A stretch of 64,000 nt of DNA, from IMG/VR virus record IMGVR_UViG_2643221568_000002, positions 1 to 64,000 of that record. The stretch is one strand, 5' to 3'. Every line of letters begins with the position of its first letter. Position 1 is the first letter of the stretch. The notes under the pieces were generated by a model. That model was not told the DNA's origin and made no database searches. It was given only the letters and a program-made list of their open reading frames with translations. The stretch comes from a virus. Taxonomy: Duplodnaviria; Caudoviricetes. A program made the translations under genes and the position numbers. Positions 55,943 to 64,000 of this stretch are shown here, piece by piece.

Positions 55943-56875
55943 ACAGCAGCAATCACCAGCACATCCCCCAAAGGCCGGACCTTCATTCGAGGTCACGAAG
56001 GCAATCCTCTCACCTGCTACCTTGACCCCGTTGGTATTCCGACGATCGGTACCGGCTACACCATGCGCAGTGCAGCGGTGCGACGCGCGCTGGCGAAAAT
56101 CGGCATAACCAAGCTGGTTCCCGGAAAGACGAAGATCACAGCGGTGCAGTCCGATGCCATCTTCATCGAGGTGCTGGCAGAGGAATTCGAGCCAGCCGTC
56201 GTCAAGAAATCTCCGAACGATCGTCTACAGCACGAGCTGGACGCGGGGGTCTCAGCTGTTTTCAATCTGGGCGTAGGCGCCATGGATTGGCAGTGGGCCA
56301 AGCTCTGGCGGAAGGGCGATAAAGGCCCGGCTGCTGACTATCTCGGCACCCATTACAACACTGCTGGCGGCAAGAAGCTGCCGGGGCTGGTTAGGCGTCG
56401 CAAGGAAGAAGCGGTCCTTTTCAATCTCGGCATCTACACCGGTGCGGGTGAGGGCGTTCCACGTACCGCTACCGAGACAGCACCAGCTCTTCCGGATCCA
56501 GTCGTGAAAGAGGCGCAGACGATCCTTTCGGCAAAGGGCTTCAACCCGGGCGCTATCGATGGGTGGATGGGAGAGAAAACCGCTGCCGCGGTAAAGGCCT
56601 ATCAGAGTTTTCACCCGCACCTGGTCGCGGACGGTGTTATCGGCTCTGCAACGCTGGCCCAGCTGCGTCGTGACGCCGTTGCCACCAAAGAGGTGGTGCA
56701 GGAAGGCGCGGGTTCGCTCATTGGCTCTGGCACCGCTGCATGGGCAATGGGCCTTCCGTGGGGATGGGCCGCTGCCGTCGTGACGATCATCGTGCTGGGG
56801 ATATTCGTCTATCGGAAGCGCGACGTGATTGCTCGCCGCATCAATACGTTGCTGGGCCGTGAGGTGCCGGTTTGA
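55940..56875 (+). CDS. Endolysin: GH24 lysozyme + PG-binding domain + C-terminal TM
   Basis: HEG...YLDPVGIPTIGTG; GLVRRRKEEA; IDGWMG..T..AV..YQ...DGVIG. Confidence 0.92.
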   Translation: MTAAITSTSPKGRTFIRGHEGNPLTCYLDPVGIPTIGTGYTMRSAAVRRALAKIGITKLVPGKTKITAVQSDAIFIEVLAEEFEPAVVKKSPNDRLQHELDAGVSAVFNLGVGAMDWQWAKLWRKGDKGPAADYLGTHYNTAGGKKLPGLVRRRKEEAVLFNLGIYTGAGEGVPRTATETAPALPDPVVKEAQTILSAKGFNPGAIDGWMGEKTAAAVKAYQSFHPHLVADGVIGSATLAQLRRDAVATKEVVQEGAGSLIGSGTAAWAMGLPWGWAAAVVTIIVLGIFVYRKRDVIARRINTLLGREVPV

Positions 56876-57114
56876 TCTCTCGGCTAACGCTCTATCTCTT
56901 GGCTGCGGCAGCCGCAGCATCCTTCGTCGCCACCGGCGTCATCGTCATCAGCCGCAACGCCAAAGAGCGCACGGTCATCAAAATAGAAAGACAGAACAAT
57001 GCTGCAGGTGACGAAGCGGATGGCGCTCGTGGTAGTTTTGACGATTGCGCTGGCGGGGTGTGGGATTTCGGGTCCGGCGAGTGTCGCCGGGCTGCGCCGA
57101 GTGGTCGGAACTGA
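56872..57114 (+). CDS. Putative i-spanin
   Basis: N-terminal TM; overlapped by a lipoprotein ORF. Confidence 0.65.
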   Translation: MISRLTLYLLAAAAAASFVATGVIVISRNAKERTVIKIERQNNAAGDEADGARGSFDDCAGGVWDFGSGECRRAAPSGRN

Positions 57115-57265
57115 TCTGATCGGCGCGCGCGGAGCCACGCCAGCAGATCAGCGGCGTATTGATAGAACCGTCGTCGGAATTTGCGCCGGCAAGGTCTGGA
57201 CGCAGCGTGAATGTGCGAGACATGGGGAAGTCTCTCGTGCCGCCTCGATCGCGGGGGCTGAATGA
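57020..57265 (+). CDS. Putative o-spanin lipoprotein
   Basis: MALVVVLTIALAGC lipobox. Confidence 0.7.
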   Translation: MALVVVLTIALAGCGISGPASVAGLRRVVGTDLIGARGATPADQRRIDRTVVGICAGKVWTQRECARHGEVSRAASIAGAE

Positions 57266-57597
57266 TGTCATTCTGGGACTGGCTTAGCACAAGTGAAGGC
57301 AAGGTTGCCTTGGCTGGCATTGCAGGATCTGCGGTATCGGTTGCTATGGAGTGGACCGGCGCGCTCTCGAGCCTGCGCAAGTTGTTCGTCGGCGCAGTGA
57401 CGGCCTACTACCTGAGCCCGATCGGAACCACGCTCTTCCAGTGGGCGTTCGGAGCATTGAGCGTACCGGAAGAGCAATCTGCCAGCGTGGGTGGTTTCAT
57501 CGTAGGAATCGGCGGTATCATCATCGTCGAGATCATTTTGAAGGCATTTCGCCTCCGCCACGCGGAGATCGGGAGAAGCCGACATGACCAGGCCTAG
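57262..57597 (+). CDS. Putative holin
   Basis: Three hydrophobic segments; in lysis cluster. Confidence 0.7.
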   Translation: MMSFWDWLSTSEGKVALAGIAGSAVSVAMEWTGALSSLRKLFVGAVTAYYLSPIGTTLFQWAFGALSVPEEQSASVGGFIVGIGGIIIVEIILKAFRLRHAEIGRSRHDQA

Positions 57598-57694
57598 AGC
57601 GAGACACATCAAAGAAGCAGCCAAGCCGCAAGGCCGAGTCGTCGCCGTTGCGGCCATACTCGTCGTGGTCTGGCTGTTCTGCATGCACGTTTAG
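57584..57694 (+). CDS. Small membrane peptide (36 aa)
   Basis: GGAG SD; MTRPRARHIKEAAKPQGRVVAVAAILVVVWLFCMHV; stop overlaps integrase stop. Confidence 0.5.
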   Translation: MTRPRARHIKEAAKPQGRVVAVAAILVVVWLFCMHV

Positions 57695-59013
57695 GCGGCG
57701 GACCGCCCGCGCGCCATCTTCGGCACTCCCTGACCGGTCTCGAGCTTCCCCTTCAGAACCTTGATCGGCCCCATCAGAAGTTGGCTCGCCGTAGGCGCGC
57801 CCTTCAAGATCCAGTCGGCGTAGATCTGATATAGCTCGCGACGTCGGCGCATATGCTCTGCGCGATCGTAGGCGGCCTTCACAGCGTCTTTTGGCTTATG
57901 GGCGAGCATCAGCTCAATGATCTTTTCCTCGTGGGGGAAAGCTTCGTTCATGATCGACGAGAAAGACGATCGGAAGCCGTGAGGAACATGCCTCGAGTGA
58001 TAGCCAGCTCTGTTCAGCAAATATCCCATCGTATTTTCTGACATCGGCTTTTGCGGCTTTCTGAGATTGGGGAACGCAAATTCAAACCGCCCCGTCACCT
58101 TCCTGAGCGCGGTGATCAGCTCCACCGCCTGATCTGACAGCGGAACGTGATGATCGTACGCTTCTTCCGTTTTCAGATGCAGCTTCAGCTTCATGCGATG
58201 GGCTGGGATGACCCATATCGGATTTGACGGGTCGATCGCATCCAGCTCGGCCCACGGTGTTTCTGCGAGGACACCTGGTCGAACCGCAGTCAGCGCCAGA
58301 AGGCGTATCGCAAGCTTCGTATAGCCGCGGCTGGGCGTGGATGCGACGTCGGCGAGAATCTGCCTGACGCCGTCCAGGGTGATGATCGCCGGCTGGCGAC
58401 CCTTCTTCAATGGCGCGAGCGCACCTTTGACAATCGATGCGGGGTCCGCGTCGGCGCGGCCGGAAGAAATGGCGTAGACGAAGACGCTCGAAATCCGCTG
58501 CCGCAAGCGCTTCGCGGTTTCGATCGCACCACGCTTCTCAACAATCTTCAGCACCCCGAGGACGGTCGGCGCGTCAATGCTCCGGATCGGCATGTCGCCG
58601 ACGAGGGGAAACACGTCTCGCCTCAAGGTGTCGAGTACGTCACTCGCATGCCTGTCGGTCCAAGTAGGCTTGGTCAGCTCGTGCCACTCTTCCGCAATGA
58701 CCTGAAACGTCTCCTCGGCTTGCTTCCTGCCGATGACCTTTTCGAGCTTCTTCATCGCCGACGGGTCCTTACCGCCTTTGACGAGCGTCCTGGCATCGTC
58801 ACGAAGTCGCCGCGCTTCGAAGAGTGTCACCTCTGGATATTGCCCGAGGCCAAGCAGCTTCTCTTTGCCGCCGAAATAGTAGCGGTACCGCCAGATCTTC
58901 ACGCCTGTCGTGGCGACGAATAAGTGTAGACCGTTGCTGTCGGTGAGCTTGTAGGATTTCTCCTGAGCTTTGGCTTTTCTGATCGCTGTGTCTGTCAGCA
59001 CGCTTGTTCTCAC
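57691..59013 (-). CDS. int: P4-family tyrosine integrase
   Basis: LTDTAIRKAK...DSNGLHL..WRYRY; R..E; HGFRSSFS; LAH; AY. Confidence 0.95.
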   Translation of the reverse strand: MRTSVLTDTAIRKAKAQEKSYKLTDSNGLHLFVATTGVKIWRYRYYFGGKEKLLGLGQYPEVTLFEARRLRDDARTLVKGGKDPSAMKKLEKVIGRKQAEETFQVIAEEWHELTKPTWTDRHASDVLDTLRRDVFPLVGDMPIRSIDAPTVLGVLKIVEKRGAIETAKRLRQRISSVFVYAISSGRADADPASIVKGALAPLKKGRQPAIITLDGVRQILADVASTPSRGYTKLAIRLLALTAVRPGVLAETPWAELDAIDPSNPIWVIPAHRMKLKLHLKTEEAYDHHVPLSDQAVELITALRKVTGRFEFAFPNLRKPQKPMSENTMGYLLNRAGYHSRHVPHGFRSSFSSIMNEAFPHEEKIIELMLAHKPKDAVKAAYDRAEHMRRRRELYQIYADWILKGAPTASQLLMGPIKVLKGKLETGQGVPKMARGRSAA

Positions 59014-59015
59014 GA

Positions 59016-59164
59016 TACCCGCTTTTGAAAATCAAAGTACCCGCATTTGTACCCGCTTTTTCACGAGATTGTATCGGAACGCATGGGAACGGGCGGGAAC
59101 AAAGAAACCCAAAACGATCCGCTGCGCAAGACAAAAACGGAACATATGGGAACGTATGAGAAAC
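59016..59164. repeat. att-arm region of the prophage
   Basis: TACCCGC(T/A)TTT x3 (59016, 59038, 59050) and 10-bp-periodic GGAAC repeats between int and tRNA 3' end. Confidence 0.75.
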
Positions 59165-59169
59165 ATTCG

Positions 59170-59259
59170 TGGCGGATGGGGTGGGATTCGAACCCACGGT
59201 ACGGTCTCCCGCACGCCGGTTTTCAAGACCGGTTCCTTAAACCACTCGGACACCCATCC
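59170..59259 (-). tRNA. tRNA-Ser(UGA)
   Basis: GGATGGGTGTCCGAGTGG...CCGGTCTTGAAAACCGG...GTTCGAATCCCACCCCATCCGCCA; long variable arm. Confidence 0.97.
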
Positions 59260-59336
59260 ATGTGATTGATATAGTTGAGAAATCTACTTTTTGTTGATTT
59301 CTGAAAAACGGCAGTTGCTACCGCTTTGCTACCCAA

Positions 59337-60491
59337 TCATTTGGTCGATGGCTTTCTAGCAGATTGGATTGCGGCGTCAACCTGCTCCGCGGCGTTTGCT
59401 TGCATCCCCGGCATTACGTGGGAATAGAGGTCGAGCGTGATCCCGATCGTCGAGTGGCCAAGGCGTTCACTGGCAATCTTTGGGTGGACTCCGGCGGCAA
59501 GCAATTGGGTGGCGTGCGAGTGACGCAGATCGTGAAACCTGATCTTGGGCAAAGAAGTCTTTGCCAGCAAGCGCGTCCACTCGTGGGTGAGCGATACAGG
59601 TTTGAGCGCGCTACCGTCCACCTGCGCAACCACGAATGAGTCATCATCCGGCCGGATCCCGATTTTCAGTTGTTCCTCTGCCTGGGCGACCCGATGGCGC
59701 CTCAGCTCCTCGATCACAGATGAAGACAGAGCAACGACGCGAGACTTACCGGATTTGGTCTCTTTGTATCGAACGACTGTTCCAACCTGTTCGGCGCTTT
59801 GCCTTACTGCGATGGTGGCACCTGTCAGGTCGATATCCTTCCAGCGCAAAGCTAGAATTTCCCCTCTGCGAAGCCCGCACAATGAGGCAAGCAGGGCAGG
59901 GATGAATACACGGTTCTCGCGGAAGTCATCGAGCATGATCGCCGTCTGTGGCGCGTCGAACGCTTCCATCTGTTGCTTCTCGACTTTCGGCGGTCGCGTG
60001 AGCGCCACAGGATTTCGCTTGAGCAAATCCCACTTCACGGCCTGATCCATCGCTGTCAGCATCACGCGGCGGCAGTGATGGACCGTACGTGGCGATAGAC
60101 CGCCTTTGCCGTCTCTGCGACCATTCTCCAACAGATGGCCCCATGCGCCGTCGATACGGGCTGCAGTGAGCTTGTTGAGGGTAATAGAGCCTATAACCGG
60201 CGCGATGTTCTTGAGCAGCAGCTCTTCATAGCGCTGGTGAGTCTTGGGTGAGACGTTGGCTTTCTCATGCTTCAGCCAGCGAATGAAGTAATCGCGCACC
60301 GTGGCCTTCGCCGGCTCGACATAGTTGCCGCCGTTGACCTCGGCCACCAGTCTTGCGCACTCGGTCTCAGCTTGGCGTTTGGTGCCGTGGAATGTGTGCC
60401 ACTTGCGACGACGCTTGCCTGTCTCGGGATCTGGAACGTCAAGGACGATTGCCCATTTCCCGGGAGAACGTTCTGTGATGTGGCCTTTCAC
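59337..60491 (-). CDS. int: Tyrosine integrase (ICEBs1-like type)
   Basis: GLRRGEILALRWKDID; FHDLRHSHAT; LGHS; LYSH. Confidence 0.95.
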   Translation of the reverse strand: MKGHITERSPGKWAIVLDVPDPETGKRRRKWHTFHGTKRQAETECARLVAEVNGGNYVEPAKATVRDYFIRWLKHEKANVSPKTHQRYEELLLKNIAPVIGSITLNKLTAARIDGAWGHLLENGRRDGKGGLSPRTVHHCRRVMLTAMDQAVKWDLLKRNPVALTRPPKVEKQQMEAFDAPQTAIMLDDFRENRVFIPALLASLCGLRRGEILALRWKDIDLTGATIAVRQSAEQVGTVVRYKETKSGKSRVVALSSSVIEELRRHRVAQAEEQLKIGIRPDDDSFVVAQVDGSALKPVSLTHEWTRLLAKTSLPKIRFHDLRHSHATQLLAAGVHPKIASERLGHSTIGITLDLYSHVMPGMQANAAEQVDAAIQSARKPSTK

Positions 60492-60934
60492 TTCTTGTCA
60501 TCCTCTTCGCTTTTAAGCCGCTCTTCGAATATGAGAATTCTTTCTTCGATGCCCCACTGTAAAACACGCTCTGCCGCTGCGATTGCTTCTTTTGTGTCTC
60601 CGTGTGTTCGCAGCTCGTGTGCAGCGTGGGTGACCTTCATCACTTCAATCCAAGCAAGATTAATCGCCTGAGCGATCGCTTCGATATCCTTCTTCTTCTC
60701 TGGATGAAGGTCTGCGAACTGAGCGACCTTGTCGAGAAATGTGTCGAGCGCCACGTCGATCGTTCGCCCTGCATCAATAATCCACTCATCGGTTATCATC
60801 CCAATTTTCGCGAGCTTTCTGACCGCGTCTGAGCGGGTGGATATCCTATTGTTGAATCTCCAATCGTCTATCGCCTGCAGTTCGTCATCCGACATCATAA
60901 TCGGAACTCTGTTCTCTCGCGGCTTAACCATCAT
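60488..60934 (-). CDS. Ribbon-helix-helix regulator
   Basis: RVPIMMSDDELQAIDDWRFNNRISTRSDAVRKL. Confidence 0.8.
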   Translation of the reverse strand: MMVKPRENRVPIMMSDDELQAIDDWRFNNRISTRSDAVRKLAKIGMITDEWIIDAGRTIDVALDTFLDKVAQFADLHPEKKKDIEAIAQAINLAWIEVMKVTHAAHELRTHGDTKEAIAAAERVLQWGIEERILIFEERLKSEEDDKK

Positions 60935-61077
60935 GCACCCCTAAAGCAGTTTCGGGACAAACCATAAAAAATCGGCACAAAAAGCACAAGTGACGCTTGA
61001 CGGATTCTTTTACGTGGTTAATGATTAAAAAACGGCACAACTAATGCCGTTAACGCTGATTTTTCGGAGCATGTAAA

Positions 61078-61284
61078 ATGACACTCGATGAAGCACTAAC
61101 AAAACCGACTATTTCGGTACCTGAGGCAGGAAGACTTTTCTTCGGTCTCGCCCGCAACGCTGCATATGAAGCAGCCAGGAAAGGCGACATCAGCACGATC
61201 AAGGTGGGTGGTCGCATTGTGGTGCCTGTCGCACCTCTTGCGGCGAAGCTTGGCCTGCATGCCCGCATCGGAGCGGCAGCATGA
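61078..61284 (+). CDS. Excisionase-like HTH protein
   Basis: TISVPEAG...LARNAAYEAARKGDISTIKVGGRIVVP. Confidence 0.85.
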   Translation: MTLDEALTKPTISVPEAGRLFFGLARNAAYEAARKGDISTIKVGGRIVVPVAPLAAKLGLHARIGAAA

Positions 61285-61721
61285 TCGAACGCCCAGCACT
61301 CCCCGATTGGATGCTCGGTCGATCCGACTACGGCCAGAACGCAAAAGGCCCGGCAGAGGCGGCAACCTCTCCGAGCCATGGTCAAATCCACTCCCCATCA
61401 CAGGACATAGAAATGAACAAGGCAAGCGATACCACGGACGTTTTGAAAAAGAAAGTAAGCGACGAGGCTGTGGCAGATGCCATGCGCACATTGGACGGCG
61501 ATATCCATGCGTTGCACCACATGTCGGACATCACCGCCGAAAGCTTCGATGCCATTTTCGGCCCAGGCAGCCGCATCGAGAAGAGCAAGGAAGGCGTGGC
61601 TTTCCGGATCACGCAGCACGAGTTCAATCAGATGGCCTTTCTCGTGAACAACGTGGCTGAGCGCTGCCATGACCTCCACAAGCGCTTTCAGTCGGCATGG
61701 AGCGGGGAGAAGCTGGCATGA
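61281..61721 (+). CDS. Hypothetical protein
   Basis: Coupled ORF; alternative internal start at MNKASD. Confidence 0.6.
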   Translation: MIERPALPDWMLGRSDYGQNAKGPAEAATSPSHGQIHSPSQDIEMNKASDTTDVLKKKVSDEAVADAMRTLDGDIHALHHMSDITAESFDAIFGPGSRIEKSKEGVAFRITQHEFNQMAFLVNNVAERCHDLHKRFQSAWSGEKLA

Positions 61722-61960
61722 GACAGGCACCCATCGAAATCACCCGCGCCCGCATCGAAGCAAAGATCGAGGAGTTGATCGCTCTCCTCGACCTTCTCGA
61801 CGGGGACGAAAACTTGGAGCCGTATCTTGCTGGTACCGATCCGGCCCACGTGGACCGAGAGTTGGACGACGAGCGAGAGCCTGAGGAAACCGATCAAAAC
61901 GGTGACGAGCAGGATACCAGCTTCACCGAGGACGAATTTCACACGAGGTTTTTTCAATGA
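61718..61960 (+). CDS. Acidic hypothetical protein
   Basis: IEELIALLDLLDGDENLEP. Confidence 0.7.
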   Translation: MRQAPIEITRARIEAKIEELIALLDLLDGDENLEPYLAGTDPAHVDRELDDEREPEETDQNGDEQDTSFTEDEFHTRFFQ

Positions 61961-62253
61961 CAGATACTCTCACCAACGAAGAGATGGTCGCTCATTGCAA
62001 CGAGATGTTCGACCGGATTGGTAAAGCCTTCGGAAGAATTATTTTCGGTAGAGCTGTGATGCTTCAAATCCCGCCTGATGAGGTTGAAGAAGGTATCAAC
62101 GCTGCGGTGGAAGATAGCCGGGATTACTTCAAGGAAGGAGGTCTCTGCGACCACGACGCGGATTTAGCCTGCCGCCAGATCAAGTTGGCGATCGTGCTTG
62201 AAGGGCAGCGGATCATCAGTGCCCTTCCTGACGAGATTGGGGGGATACATTGA
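61957..62253 (+). CDS. Hypothetical protein
   Basis: Coupled ORF. Confidence 0.6.
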   Translation: MTDTLTNEEMVAHCNEMFDRIGKAFGRIIFGRAVMLQIPPDEVEEGINAAVEDSRDYFKEGGLCDHDADLACRQIKLAIVLEGQRIISALPDEIGGIH

Positions 62254-62420
62254 CCAACACCCGCATCGAGGAGGCAGCCAAGTGGCTGTCTCTTCAACAA
62301 CAACCGCCACAACCGATCATGCAATTTCTTCGGGATAAGTATTCTCTATCCACCTCAGAAGCAGCAAAAACGTGTACACTAGCAAACTCGTTTCGGGCCG
62401 AGCGGAGGACGCGGGATTGA
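62250..62420 (+). CDS. Small helical protein (56 aa)
   Basis: TTGA overlap; MTNTRIEEAAKWLSLQQQPPQPIMQFLRDKYSLSTSEAAKTC. Confidence 0.55.
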   Translation: MTNTRIEEAAKWLSLQQQPPQPIMQFLRDKYSLSTSEAAKTCTLANSFRAERRTRD

Positions 62421-62527
62421 AGGCAGCAAGCATTAGTGGGAAACAAGGATCCGAGCGAAATATACTCGGGGCTGCTTCCGCATCTGCACCTGATGATAGC
62501 GTCGCGAGAGATGCTGATCTTGGCATC

Positions 62528-63667
62528 ATGCACCATCCCAAGCTTTCGCATGTGCTTACGGGAGAACTGTTCCGCCTCCACAATGCCGGATTTTCACTGC
62601 TGCCACTCGGATTAAAACGTGAGCCACTGGTGAAGTTCAGTACCGCAGTTGGTAAGCCTACAAAGCGACTTCCTTTGTCGCTTGTAATAGAAAAAATGGC
62701 TGGGGCGGGAAGTGCCAATTACGCCATTCGGCTTGATGGGCTGTTGGTTGTCGACGTGGATACTGACACTCCAGAGGCCCGCTCCTACGTCGAGCGCCGC
62801 TTTGGAAACTCCGCTGTTCAAGTCAAGAGCCCGCGCGGTATCCATCATTACTTCCAACACGATGGCAAAACGCCGAAAGCGATCCGCCTTCCTGGCATCT
62901 CTATCGACTTCAAGGCGGGATGCCAGTCCCTTATTGCCGGGCCTTACGCTGAGCGTGCCGATGGGCAGCAGTATCTGCCTTTAAAGGGCAAACTCTTGAG
63001 CGTCAGTGCTCTACCACTTTTCACCGATAACGATCTGGCGGAGGAAGAGGATTTCGAAGAACCTATGCCACGCTCCGCAACCGGAAAGGTTGCCAGAGGT
63101 GATCGCCACCAAAGCCTCAAAAAGCGCGGCATGCAGTTGGTTCACACTGCCGAAGACGAGGCGGATCTATTCGACAATTTGCGGCTCTTTCGCGACTGGG
63201 AGTGCGATTTCCCGGAAGAGGTCCCGGATAGCGAAATTGTCTCTCTAGCGCGATGGTTCTGGTTCAAGCGCTGCAATAACGAAATTTGGGGTGGAAGGAA
63301 TTCTCCCATGGGCATGACGCGAGCTTCGTTCGATCAACTAATCAATGTCAGATACGGCGATCAAGCCTGGCTGCTTTATTCGTTCGTGCATTCCAATCAC
63401 GAACATGTGGGTCGAGAGTTTTCCATTGTCCCAGAGGCCATTCTCGCCGCGGGGAAGCTGCAAGCTCTCTCCAAAAAGGACATTTACAGAGCCGCCAAGA
63501 TACTGGTCGATCAAAAGCTTTTGTCCCGAAGGACAGTCAGAGATGGCAAGAAGTGCAAGTACCTGTACCGGATAGCTGGGGGGAGACAGAGAGAGAGGTC
63601 TGTTGATTACATCCATGCCCATAATGGGAACCCCAAATTATCGGTTATTGATGGAGGCCAACAATGA
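62528..63667 (+). CDS. Bifunctional primase-polymerase (AEP) family protein
   Basis: KREPL, NYAI, LLVVDVD, SPRGIHHYF, IDFK, RGDRH; exact start uncertain. Confidence 0.85.
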   Translation: MHHPKLSHVLTGELFRLHNAGFSLLPLGLKREPLVKFSTAVGKPTKRLPLSLVIEKMAGAGSANYAIRLDGLLVVDVDTDTPEARSYVERRFGNSAVQVKSPRGIHHYFQHDGKTPKAIRLPGISIDFKAGCQSLIAGPYAERADGQQYLPLKGKLLSVSALPLFTDNDLAEEEDFEEPMPRSATGKVARGDRHQSLKKRGMQLVHTAEDEADLFDNLRLFRDWECDFPEEVPDSEIVSLARWFWFKRCNNEIWGGRNSPMGMTRASFDQLINVRYGDQAWLLYSFVHSNHEHVGREFSIVPEAILAAGKLQALSKKDIYRAAKILVDQKLLSRRTVRDGKKCKYLYRIAGGRQRERSVDYIHAHNGNPKLSVIDGGQQ

Positions 63668-63846
63668 AGCAGCTTGATTTATTGGAGTGGGCCGAAGCTC
63701 GCCCGACTGCAGAAATCCTCGACTGGCACGCACCATTCGCTAAGCGGGCGATGTCTCGCATCCATGAATACGATGACGATTGGCCGAAGTCGTTTTACCC
63801 GGAGAGCGTCATATCGTTTCCGTCGAGGAAGAAAGGCGCTGCATGA
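63664..63846 (+). CDS. Hypothetical protein
   Basis: GGAGG SD, coupled. Confidence 0.55.
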   Translation: MKQLDLLEWAEARPTAEILDWHAPFAKRAMSRIHEYDDDWPKSFYPESVISFPSRKKGAA

Positions 63847-64000
63847 CACTACCGAAGCTGACGCCCGAACGCCTGGACACGATGTTTCCCTCAAGTTCGA
63901 GGGAAAGCCGCTCGTCTCTCGCCACGGAATCGCTCTGGGGTGCGAAGGCGATCAGTCGTTTCATGGGACTGTCAGAAGACACGATATTGCGCCTCGAAAA

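Larger units (their letters stand above)
1..59169. mobile_element. Temperate podovirus-like prophage (Bcep22/Lessievirus-like gene set) at tRNA-Ser; left end outside window
   Basis: Continuous run of phage genes (repressor/cro, terminase, portal, capsid, DarB, lysis, integrase) ending at the 3' end of a tRNA. Confidence 0.93.
59260..64000. mobile_element. Second integrative element, satellite/PICI-like (continues beyond window)
   Basis: Integrase, divergent regulator/Xis-like genes, small coupled ORFs, prim-pol. Confidence 0.8.

Noticed and set aside
59076-59164. GAAC repeats as LexA boxes
   Set aside because: Spacing is N6, not N7; better explained as att-arm repeats

Overview
Most of the window (1 to ~59.2 kb) is one temperate podovirus-type prophage, probably of a Rhizobiales host. 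Its gene set is Bcep22/Lessievirus-like: N4-gp56-family capsid, a giant DarB-like polyvalent protein, a lambda-like cI/cro switch, and a P4-family integrase next to the 3' end of tRNA-Ser(UGA). The prophage left end lies outside the window. A second integrative, satellite-like element (integrase, RHH regulator, Xis-like HTH, prim-pol) starts on the 5' side of the same tRNA. Main observation: five late transcription units (tailspike-like operon, darB, ejection proteins, major capsid, lysis) share the 5'-leader motif GCGC-AUGA-GYGC. It can fold as a small hairpin or, alternatively, pair with the downstream Shine-Dalgarno and start codon. The long rightward operon ends in a CsrA-fold gene, suggesting late-gene control by translational switches. 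Other points: an immunity-region exported protein carrying a 50%-identical copy of a scaffold-protein segment, a LexA box on a promoter convergent with a short repressor, and two probable overprinted genes in darB. All calls are by eye; no searches or folding calculations were run.
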